Positions 28,150 to 39,050 of a DNA stretch of 64,000 nt are shown here, piece after piece; positions within the stretch are counted from its first letter, which is position 1, and each line of letters begins with the position of its first letter. Source of the stretch: Spizellomyces punctatus DAOM BR117 (taxonomy: Eukaryota); assembly GCA_000182565.2 (NCBI GenBank), contig KQ257452.1. The stretch is one strand, 5' to 3'. The notes under the pieces were generated by a model, which was given only the letters and a program-made list of their open reading frames with translations, was not told the origin of the DNA and made no database searches. Both the position numbers and the translations under genes were made by a program.

Positions 28150-30269
28150 GTGCGGAGCCGATGGGTATTGGCACTAGTACAAAGATTCCAACCAATTTAA
28201 TCATAATTTTACTCGATTTAGACTCATGAACTATGGTTTGATTCAAAAAATCCTATGTAAGTCATCGTCCATTTTCCCAGGCTTTCATCTTTTTCTACAG
28301 ATATCATCATGCCACCAAAGAAGAAGCAAAAGCTCGAAAGGCTCGAAAAACTTGACAAACCTACTTGCTTACATACCTGCAACAAGACGTCCTTCACAAA
28401 GGCTTTCTTGCCTAATGAGACCTACCGGCAGCGTCTTCTAGATTACATCGCCATCATCCATCAACTCGCTGACCATGCTTCCCACGCTCTCAAATTCTAC
28501 ATCCTATATGCACCAACCTTTCCCACGGTAAATGAAGATACAATCGAAGCGATTCTCTATCTTCTCAACAAGGGGGAGGCTTGGCATCCAAGAAAGGAAG
28601 CAAAGAAGGCATGGCGGGATTGTTTGCTGCCATATGTTCAACGGTACTGCCAAATCATCGGCTTTGTTCACCCAAATCTACGAGGCGAGCAGCAATCAGT
28701 CAATTATCTGACAGCGAGTATGATGACAAATCTGAAGGTCAACGTCCAGGAACACTTCATGACGATGCTGCTCCGGTACATCAATCTGCGGCTCGATGTG
28801 AAGGGACAGAAGCAGCGACTGCCACTGAAAAGCGATGCGCGAAACGCTTTCTTTGCTCGTCTTCGCTACTTGAAGTCAATTTTCCTTTTTGATATCGTGC
28901 CCGAGTCGCTTGATGACTTGACTGCTGAAGAGAGTGAACTTCTAGAAGAGATTTGGTCCCTTAACATTCCCCTTTCTGACGACCAGCCACTCGCATATTC
29001 GGTTGCTGTAGACCCTCTCGCCTTCTTTCCTGCATACTGCAAACTCTCTGGGCTGTATGAACGACATGGCTTCCATCAGTTCAGCGCGATACCTCTGCGT
29101 CGCTCGCTCATCCAAAGCCATGTGCGGATCGACACCATCATCCTCTACTCTCACCTTCTTTGCATCACACGACGAGAAGCGGAAACTGTCGAAAAGGTCG
29201 ATTTATGGTTGCGCGTGTGCAACCTGCGGAACAAGGCTTTTCGGTCTCGCCGCGGTATGCAGTTTGAAGGCTCGGTCACGACGGATGGAACCTCGGTGTC
29301 TGTATACCTAAAGCACCCAGAAGCTGACAAGTATGGAAAGCGCAGCGGAGGGAAAAAGTCAGCAAACACGACGGAGGCAGAGGTTAAAGCACAATATGTG
29401 GAGAAAAACTTACCTGCTTGTCGAGCAGCAGAGAATGTTGTTGTTATCGACCCAAACAAGCGCGACATTCTCTACTGCCAAGACAGCAATGGTACAATGT
29501 TCCGTTACACCGCCAACCAGCGAGCCGTGGAGACTGGAAGCCGTCGATTTGCAAAAGAACGGCAGCAGATGAAGAAGGAAGCGGGAATGGACCTCATAGA
29601 ATCACGTATCCCTAGTCACAAGACAATGAACCTCATGGACTTCATGCGCTATCTCCTTGTTCGGCGCGCTGATTGGGATCGTCGCAAGGAATTCTACTCC
29701 ACCCTGCCCACACGCGATGGAAATGGCACTCCTTCATCAATCGGCAGCGAAGCGAATCAGACCTCATATCCAACATGCGCAACAAGTTTGGGAACTTTAC
29801 CGTTGTGATGGGTGATTGGAGCGACGCCGGTCGAACTGCGAGATTTCAGACCTCATCAAAGACAAAAGGCTGGCGCACCCTCTTTAAGCGGAACAGGATC
29901 AACTGCTTCCTTCTCGACGAGTACAAGACCTCATCTGTCTGCCCTCACTGTTCCTCTGGCGTTGAAAAAGGCTTCAAAACACGACCTCATTCAAGACCTT
30001 GGCGCCGTCGCGAAGGCAAGATTGAAAAAGTCCACGGATTGCTGGGTTGTACCAACCCTAACTGTTTACAGCAATCCTGGACGATGCGCTACTGGAACAG
30101 GGACACGCTGAGCACCTGCAACATGCTGATGATTGTGCAATCAATGTTGGATGGGCACTGTAGACCAGAAGTGTTCAGCAGGAGTGTTCCAGCCGTAGCT
30201 TAGATTGGTTAGATTAGGTTTTCCGAGCCGGTTGTCGCGCGGTTCAATCCCTGGTGCGGGTGTCCGCAC
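28150..30269 (+). mobile_element. Non-autonomous Fanzor1-carrying DNA transposon (Spu-1-like), ~2.12 kb, TA duplicated at both ends
   Basis: Left end TA|GTGCGGAGCCGATGGGTATTGGCACTAG; right end ...TCCGCAC|TA (inverted match); sole cargo is a TnpB-like RuvC ORF. Confidence 0.9.
28309..30203 (+). pseudogene. Fz1: Fanzor1 RNA-guided endonuclease (SpuFz1-like), ~631 aa if the 1-nt frameshift near 29700 is repaired
   Basis: TDGTSVSV, RuvC-I VIDPNKRD, VVMGDWS, LLDEYKTSSVCPHC, CTNPNC, RuvC-III WNRDTLS; two overlapping ORFs join at FYS|HPAHTRW. Confidence 0.9.
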
Positions 30270-30286
30270 TATGAAATCCTATTGTG
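30218..30286 (+). ncRNA. Fanzor omegaRNA: scaffold (internally deleted) followed by a flank-derived guide starting at 30272
   Basis: GTTTTCCGAGCCGGTTGTCGCGCGGTTCAATCCCTGGTGCGGGTG-TCCGCACTA lies just downstream of the Fanzor stop and runs to the element end; ends are approximate. Confidence 0.75.
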
Positions 30287-30837
30287 CAGTCGTAATTTCA
30301 ATGATGATCGTGCATGTGTAAGTACTAAGCCGCAATTGGGTTCCGATCGACACCACCCATCATCGCTTTCCATCTGTCCGTCCATTCTTCACTCGCACCT
30401 TGCGTCGAATAGTGTCAACAGTGCGAATCCTTTGGCAACTCTTTGATCAACTTGCTCTTGATGCCCGGGAAACTCACCTGGGCTATCTTGCATGAATTTG
30501 ATATACATTGGGTAAAGATCAATGAGGAGAATAACCATTTTCTAGAGCCCCCACCATCTTTTTCCTCAATAACCTGCCATACAGTGTTGCTCTTGTTTTT
30601 GTGTTTCTAAATCATCCTGTCCACCTTCATGTCTTTCATGTCTGTATTTGCGGTAAATACTCCATTAGATACAGCATAGACATGCTTCTACGTGGTGGTC
30701 AATTAACGATCTCGACGCGTTTTCTTGACACGCCCAAAGTCGCTGCCCCACACAAGTTGCAAGTTTCTTTTTTTTTGCTTCAAAACAAACGGACGGAATT
30801 TGAAAGCGCCTTACGAGATATTCTAAAGATATTCTTC

Positions 30838-31589
30838 ATGACCGAGTTGAGCAAGGCAGCATTTTCAAGAATATGTTTTGCTTTGGGTAATGCGATATAA
30901 TGGATTTATGCTTTCCTGTTCATACACTAAACCCATAACATGCAGGGAAACCCATCGCCGTCCTCCCAAATCCCCAGGCACGCATTCCTGCATATTTACT
31001 TCATTATGAATTCTCTCTGGCGCTCCTTTCTTTGCATTCCAAGCAGCACTATGTATCATCCGCTCAATTGACGCACCAACATACTGCCGAGGATTTGGCA
31101 ACGGCAGAACATCTTCTCTGTGTCATAAATTTTCCACGCAAGCAGATAGGAAAGTTCAAGTCGGATTGCCTCACCACAGGCGTGCAAGACGATCAGGCAC
31201 CAGATCCTGTAAAGAAGCGAGAAACGACCGTTGCCGTGGGTGTCCTCAACATGGCTGAGTCAGGCAACAACAACATCTTGCCTGGATCTAGAGTGCACAT
31301 AGACGGTCGTCATGAAGTCGTTGACACGAATGATAGAGATTTATCTTGGGAAGAGTTTTGTCAATTTGAGATTCGTGTCGGGACGGTCCTATCTGGGGAC
31401 GGAAATGTAGATTTTGGGGAAAACTGGGGTGTTCGCAGATGCAAGTCTGCCATTGAACTTGGAATTTACACGGGAAAACAAGTTTTGGCCGTGCTGAATG
31501 TAGAGGATGGGCCGTGGGTTTTAAGTGTTGGAAAGACTGGATTAATAGGACCGCTAAAAAAGGTCTCTAACGGGATCCGCTTGGCTTGA
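30838..31589 (+). CDS. Protein with two tandem CsaA/Trbp111-like OB-fold (tRNA-binding) domains; one intron
   Basis: SSAQLT...CVINFPRKQIGKFKSDCLTTG...PGSRV; second unit SWEEFCQFEIRVGTV...VDFG...KQVLAVLN...VSNGIRL. Confidence 0.75.
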
Positions 31590-31962
31590 TTTTAAAAAGT
31601 TTCATCCGAGTTTTAGTGTCCTGTACATGGTGAGCTATTAATGAAGAAAGGGCGCTGCAATCCTTCCATCTCCATGGGACGATGCTTCAATGACATGGCC
31701 GAAAGCATTGCCCGACTTTTCATGTTTGATGCGAGGCGAACCGTTGCTAGGCAACATTTATGAACATCGGAATTTCGGAATGGCATCTGATTGGCTGGCC
31801 GGCACGTGATGAATCAACGCGGCTATAAAAGGAGCCCACCGCGTCTTCCCACACTCTACTTTTCCCCATCAGACTCAAACAACGACCGTCGCCGGGACGG
31901 ACTTTTTCTCTAGGTGGGTGGGGGACAACCATGGTTGCTGAATCGGCTTGCAATTCCAAAGT

Positions 31963-32221
31963 CCTGCTGGGGCTGCAACACGCCAGTTTATGGCTGGCCC
32001 TGTCACAGTATCTATCGTGCCTTTTGGCTGCTGGGGCTGTGGTCGGTCCGGAGCACGGCTGCCCTGTTGTGGTATCTATCGGGGATGGAGGGTTGTAAGC
32101 AGCCTGCTGGGGCTGCAACACGCCAGTTTATGGCTGGCCCTGTCACAGTATCTATCGGGCCTTTTGGCTGCTGGGGCTGTGGTCGGTCCAGAGCACGGCT
32201 GGCCTGTTGTGGTATCTATCG
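31963..32221. repeat. Intergenic direct repeat, 2 x ~119 bp (period 140), built of four related subunits
   Basis: 31963-32081 and 32103-32221 are near-identical. Confidence 0.9.
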
Positions 32222-32623
32222 AGGTGTGATCCTGATCCTGCTGGGTCGGCAAGTCTACTTGTGGCATTGGTGTATCATGGTCTTTTGGCGTGAGCTAACT
32301 TCCACCCACTTCTTTTTTAGATTTCGTGTTTCTCTACAATTTCATTCAGCTTTGCTTTATGTAAAATATACATGACGTTGAATATATTGATTATTGTTTA
32401 TTCCATATCGAACAGTCTATTTAGACGGTTACCGCCGTGTATTTTCTACTGTTTCTCATTTCCCAACATATCCCAATACTCATCCTATCAGATCATTATC
32501 GTAGTGTTGGCATTGGTTTAGTACAGGCATACCAGTTTTTGGGTAGGGTCGGTGCTTACATAATCACATGGTCAAAAGGCTTTGATTCTAAACTTTCTGG
32601 AGCGATGGGCCAACGGGGCAACA

Positions 32624-34869
32624 ATGTCAGCAATTCCACCCGCGTCGCCGGGCAAGAAGCGAACACTCCCCGATATTTCCGCTCCGATTAGCGGGTCGCA
32701 GGGCGGGTCTGTGTCTCCATTAGGCAAGGCTGCGGGTCAACCGAACTCGCCTTGGTCGCTGATTAGCTCCGCAAAGAATGTCAGAGCGGCAGGATCAACG
32801 TCATCCTTCTCCTCGTCTGTATCTTCGCGGTCGTTTTCACTTCGAGGCCCTCCATCTGCATATGGAGTAAGATCGCATCTCCCGCCTGTTCCAGGAGGAT
32901 GGGTTTCATCATCATTGATTACTGGGCCAATCTCACGAAAATCGTCAGAAATATCGATTCGGCATGGCGGAGTAGAGAGGGACAACAGCAGTTCTGCCAT
33001 ACTAGCTGGGAATGATAAGCAGGACGTGTTAGGGGCAGACATTACTGGTAGCAAAACTGCAATGACTGTCAGAGCCGCATCAGATCGACGACCAACCATG
33101 ACGAAAGGACAGGGCAATGGTCTCTCACACCTACCGTTTGGTGTCCAGCAAGGTGTTTTACTTCCGGGTCTCCGAGCTGGAACTGCCCCGTCCATCCATG
33201 GTCGCAAGTCATTAGTTCCCCCACTACATTCGAGAACCGCCAACAACCACGTTCGTGGTGTCATGGCTGCACTTGCACACTCTGAAAACACGCGTGATCA
33301 ATGGCAGTATGCGCGGGACAAGTGGAAATTGGCCATTAATGCTATCCGGCGACTTGTCAGAGCCACATCCTTGTTTCGGTTGGGACCTATGGCGAGCATT
33401 CTGCCTGCGTTTATCCAAGAAGAAAACAATAATCTTGCCAAAAAGGCAATCAAGCCGCCTGAAGCGGTGGCCAAATCGAAGGTGAGCTGACGTGAGGTGA
33501 GGAGGTGTGACCAGATCAGGTCTTTGGTCTGTCTGTGATTATATGCTGCTCGTCTTGTTGGTCTCATCATCCGCTGCACCGCAGATTCACCTCCTCCTTT
33601 CAAAACCTCGCGGCCTTCGAACAAACGCTGATTTTGCTGTAGTCGATCCGTATCTTGTGAAATTACTCCCATGCCTACAGCGCCTTAGTTCCGCCCAACG
33701 CAAGCAAATGTATTTAGGTTCCCTGTCTTACGAAGTTCACCCCCCGCGCACAATGATACTCCGCGACAGTGGCACTGCAGAGAGTGTATATTTTGTTCTC
33801 TCAGGCTCTGTAGAAGTTTATAAAGACCATCGTGGTGTCCGGCTAAAGCAGAACTTGGTTGGTCCGGGTGGAATTGTGGGAGATGTTTCGGCGCACCATT
33901 TACTCGCTGGAAGTGGTACGAAACGATTCATGAACGTGATATGTTTAGGTTTTTGCGAGTTTCTGCGAATGGATCTGGGTAAGTTACTATTACACATGTA
34001 TGAATATCCTTGGCAATGCTCAATAGTTGGGTTCTATTGCTATTCGTATAGATGAGTATGTTCATATCATGTTCGGGCACGATGGTAGCAACATTGACAA
34101 TCTTGTTAGCCTTCTCAACTCTCACCCCATATTTCAAAACGCCTACGAAACAACTCTACTTAAAGCCGCGCAAAATTCCGTTCTTGGCACTTTTCCCGCT
34201 GGTTCAACCATCATTAGCCAAGATGAAGTCGCGGAGCGCATTTTCGTTCTTTGTAAAGGGACCGCGAGAGCCGTTCGAGGCGTTCCGTTCGTTCGAACGC
34301 ATACCGTGCAAACTGGTGCAGGAACGGTGATACCACAGCAGGTCATACAGCCATTCAGCGGAGATAGAGATCCCAAAACAGGCGAGGAGCTGTTTGTCGA
34401 GGAAGTGTTTGTTTCCAATATCGGACCTGGGGGCACGTTCCCTGCCTTGACATTGCCCGTAGGAATGACATTGGATCCGACAAAAGCTAAAACAGCCGAA
34501 TTTTGGCCTCGATCTCAACCCGCCCCTCAGCCCAACCCCATACCAAACCAGGTCCCTGCACCGAGTCGCACCATCACTTTTCAACAAGATCCAGTTCCCC
34601 TAAACTTTGCTGATATAACTGTATACGCTGAAACCGAAGTTCAATGTGCTGTCTTTACGGTAGAGGCTTTCCTCAAACTGGCAACAAATGAAATGGTGGA
34701 CTATGTGTTACAGCAGTCGAAAGAGTTCAAGATTCCGGTGGAGGCTTTACAGGAACAATATTTACGGGAGCTCCGCGCTGGATTGGGTTCAGACGCCGCG
34801 AGACTCTCTGGCGAGCTGGGTGGGGGTGTGAGTATCCTCATGCCAGAAGGGCGAAGAGCGGTGAAATAA
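32624..34869 (+). CDS. Protein with two cyclic nucleotide-binding-like domains (CNBD2-like)
   Basis: SVYFVLSGSVEV...GGIVGD...KRFMNVIC; second domain FPAGSTIISQDEVAERIFVLCKG. Confidence 0.7.
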
Positions 34870-34958
34870 GTATAGATTGTACATACATCATTTTGACATC
34901 CTTAATCTATTGACTTTAATGATACAGTTACTCCCTATGATACAGCTATGCAAAGAAT

Positions 34959-36615
34959 TTACAAAGAGCGTAGCGAGCTACGCTCGCCCTCATAGTAATT
35001 TGCAATCATGAAGGCAATATCTAATGATTGTTCATAGTTCAATCTGACGGGGGTGATAACCAAGAGTTTACTAGGCAGTAGGGATTATCGGACAAATCAA
35101 GTGCGCGCTTACCTAGGATCACAAAACGTCTGATAGTTACGACTGAGGTCGGCCTCCTGCAGGTTCATCGACCCACCAATTGTCTCTGTAACAGGATCAC
35201 CAGTCAACTCAAAGTGAACTCCCCCGAGCTTGGATCCACACTCTTTATGAATCCGGAAGGCTTTGCTGAGCTCCTCGGCGATGTGATTAAAGCGTCTGGT
35301 CTTCACCCCCGTAACGGTGGTTTCTGTGTTACCATGCATAGGATCGCAGCACCAAACCACTTTATGCTTCGTAGCACGGACCGCTTGGATGTGAGCGGGA
35401 AGATAGGTGAAGATCTTATCATGACCATATCTCGTAATCAGGGTCACCTTCCCAGGTTCAAAGTTTGGGTCAAGAATATCTAACAGTGGTGCGAGCTCTT
35501 CAGGCTTCATAGATGGCCCAACTTTCACGCCAATCGGATTTACAATTCCTCGAAAGTACTCGACGTGACCCCCATCCAATTGTCGTGTGCGGTCGCCAAT
35601 CCAAAGATAATGTGCACCCAGATTGTACCACTCTCCATCAACTTTCCTGGTGAGCTGTTGTTCGTATTCGAGTAGAAGCCCCTCATGCGACGTGAACATA
35701 TCGACCGTCCGAATGGCGTCTCTTGAATTATCTTCAGAGTCAGCTCCAATCGTACGCATAAAATCGAGAGCATCATTTAAGCGACGGACAATCGCCTGGT
35801 ACTCGGCCCGTACGGTGGGGTTTTCGACATGTCCAAAGTCCCATGATTTGAGATTCCAAGACTCAGGATGGTGCAAATCAGCAAAATCGCCAGCCAGTAA
35901 CGCTCTGACGTAATTAATAGTCGCTGCCGAGTGAAAGTAAGCTCCTAGGAGACGCTGTGGATCCGGCTTGCGCTCGGCGAGATCAATGCCATTCACATTG
36001 TCGCCACGGAAAGCGTTGTACTCGACACCGTCAATAACTTCAGTAGGCTTTGATCGCGGCTTTGCGTATTGTCCGGCCATTCTGGCTATTCGTGTGACTG
36101 ATGTCCGCCCACCCCACACAAGGATCAGTGACATTTGTAATAGGACCTTTAGCTTGTTTTCGATCGGTTCCTAAGCAATACCCAAACCTTAAGTATCAAT
36201 TGAGTAAGGCGAATATGGTACGATAAAGACCAACCTGCGAGCAATAGTCAAATAGTTCTGCACAATCACCCCCCTGAAGCAAGAAGCGCTTGTTCTCTGC
36301 TACTTCGGCAAGCTGCTGCCTCAACTTTTTGATCTAGAACCAATTCCCAGATGAGTGTCGATAAACATGCTCAACAAAAGCAATGCGCATGCGGTCTGCG
36401 AGATCATGAACGATTTCGACCACCGTGGTTTGTCTGCTAACCTCTTGGTGACTGACCAATGGCGGCAGGCGATCCAGCTTTTGCAGCACTTGCTGTAGTT
36501 GTGCAGGATTATCATATGCAACGTCCTGAAGAACCTTCTTGGATCTCCAAGAAGCAGGACTCCAACTGTTCATTTCTGCGTCACCATTTAGGTGAGTAGA
36601 TTGACTCTCTGTCAT
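34959..36615 (-). CDS. Class II DAHP synthase (3-deoxy-7-phosphoheptulonate synthase)
   Basis: LLQGGDCAE, RMAGQYAKPRS, TSHEGLLLEYE, LWIGDRTRQ, CDPMHGNT, GGVHFELTG, CDPR|LN. Confidence 0.95.
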
Positions 36616-36840
36616 AATTGCACAATGATCGCCAGAGATCCCTGGTCGGCAAGAGTTTGAAACAGCGACCGGCATCGAGTTGTTGGCAGTTGAAGCAACC
36701 GATTTCATTAAGCCGTTTATGTCTATTATGAATTTACCAGCCACACAGCTGGTGAACGGCTTCGAGACGATCTTACGATCTCTTGATTGTTAAATGAGTG
36801 CCAACGCCCAAGCAGCATCTGAGCCAGAAGCCGATCGACC

Positions 36841-38922
36841 ATGGCTGTAGATACAACGTAAGTTCTTGAGACAGAGTCTAATTTGTTGGGTAGCACCTTC
36901 TAACATGCACTTTGGGAGGCAGAATTGTGTCCGCTCCGGGAAAGGTACTCTTGACAGGAGGGTACCTCGTGCTTGATCAACGGTATAAGGGATTGGTCGT
37001 AGCGACAGACTCGCGGTTCTATGTTGCTATACGCCAAAGGAGCAAGCAAGACTCTCCTTTCCCGACCATCACCGTAAGGTCACCACAATTTACGGATGGA
37101 CGCTGGACCTATCTCGTAAAGTCCCGCGAAGATGGAAGCGGAATCGAACTGACTTCTATCGAGTGAGTAGGTTTTCAAATATCAAATACAGACTCTTCTG
37201 CAATAATCTGGTCATCAGCTCACCGCTAACTCCCGCACTTCAGTCATGACACAGAAAATAGATATGTTGAATGCACGCTGAGCCATACGTTAGAGGTTGT
37301 TGCGGGGCTGGTGCCTAATTGGAAAACCAAGATGTCAGCTGGAATGGATATTGTCATTGTTGGAAGTAATGACTTTTATTCGCAAAGGGAGCAGGTGAGG
37401 TCGACCATCTCAATGACATATATTATTCACGGAACAGCTGACAAGCACGCTAGCTTAGGAGCCGGGGCCTGCCCTTGACGAGTGCTTCTCTTTCATCCCT
37501 ACCGCCGTTCTGTAGCACGCTTTGCAGTATACGTGACGTTCATAAAACCGGGCTGGGTTCATCGGCTGCCATGATTACATCTCTGGTTGGAGGGATTCTT
37601 AGTCACTTTGGTGCCATACAGCTCCCTGCTGCTTCTATATCAATGACCGGAAACTCGAATAAGATTTCCGAGGTTGAGCGGTACGCCTTGTCGCTCGCCC
37701 ATAATTGCGCACAACTGTGCCACTGCCTCGCTCAGGGCAAAATCGGGAGCGGCTTTGATGTCAGCGCTGCAGTGTTTGGGAACCATTCGTACCGAAGGTT
37801 TTCGCCAACAGTCCTGGATCCATTGATGGAACATAAAAATGCGTCCCCATCATCAAGACTTAGAGACCTGGTCGATACAATTGACCCTAAGCGATCACAT
37901 AGGTATGGATCTTTGGTGATGTACCGTGGATGTATTGTGCCTCGTGACAAAATAATCCGACCATTTTGTCCATTTCAGCTGGGACAATGAAGTGAGTCAG
38001 TTCCACTTGCCGCCCAATTTCACTCTGATGCTGGCAGACATCGACGCTGGGAGCAGCACGTACAAACTCGTTTCAGAGGTTCTTAGATGGCGACGAACGC
38101 ACACTGACGAGGGTATTACGTAGTATTGACTGATATGACCGGACGATTCCTAATTGGTTTCCGGTTCATGTAGCGGATGCCTTATGGACGAAGCTTGATC
38201 TTGAAAATGCACGCATCGAGCAGTGCATGCGTGATTTAAGCCGAATTGCAGAGCACCAGAAGGCGGGGTATGAATCTGTACTTTCGATGTGCGCAGAAGT
38301 TAAGGCATCGTTGGTAAGGTGCATCCCAAAATCGTACAACGTTGCGGATATACAATTGACTACGCCCCCTGGTAGTGGTCCAATCTTGATGTCAATGACG
38401 ACCTTGTAGACGTTAAGAACATCTTCAGTACGGTCTATGAAACATTTCAGGTATGTGCATAAGAGGCGCAATCTGTCGCTCCAGTAAGTTTTTTCAGCAG
38501 CCCTTGGTTTGCTTATGTCAAGATGCCGCGCCGTAGAATGTACGAAAGTACCTGCGAGAGATGTCTGTGAAAGCGGGCGTGCCAATAGAACCTCCAGAGC
38601 AAACGCGACTGCTAGATGCGTGCCTTGACGTTCCTGGAGTCGTAATGGCAGGCGTACCTGGAGGTAAGGCTTATTCTTGCTGTGAGCATGTGAGTGGATA
38701 AGCCCATTGAGTTGACGTACATCATTAGCTGGTGGGTACGATGCAATTTTCTGCTTGGTCATCTCCGAAACGGCGCGGCATGAAGTGCGACAGCTGTGGA
38801 GTACTTGGACGGAAATGGCGGTTGGGCCATTATTGACTCAGCATAGTAGTACAGGACTGGTTAGAATAGATAGACCAGGAGATATTCCTGGCTTAGAGAA
38901 AGCAATGTGTACATTCGAATGA
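36841..38922 (+). CDS. ERG8: Phosphomevalonate kinase
   Basis: SAPGKVLLTGGYLVLD, KTGLGSSAA, AQGKIGSGFDV, PIEPPEQT, GVPG|AGGYDA. Confidence 0.95.
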
Positions 38923-39050
38923 AAAACTAGAGTGTGGTGGGCATTTGATCACTTTTAACATTTCTTAGACGGTCTTCAAACAACGACCGTAATTCCTATC
39001 TAGAGTGTATCTAGTAATCCTCACCTCGAACATCGTCACCATTCTAACGC

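Noticed and set aside
28309-30203. Treating the element's ORF as a DDE transposase or a bacterial IS605 contaminant
   Set aside because: Motifs are RuvC/TnpB-type, with an NLS, TIRs and a TA duplication; no tnpA; the element is contiguous on its right with intron-containing fungal genes
31963-32221. CRISPR-like array
   Set aside because: Inserts repeat A-B-A-B rather than being unique, spacing is irregular, there are no cas genes, and the host is eukaryotic
34959-38922. DAHP synthase and ERG8 head-to-head as a metabolic cluster or HGT
   Set aside because: Class II DAHP synthases are known in fungi, and tight divergent pairs occur elsewhere in this compact window (RBX1/Y14, CaMK/MIC60)
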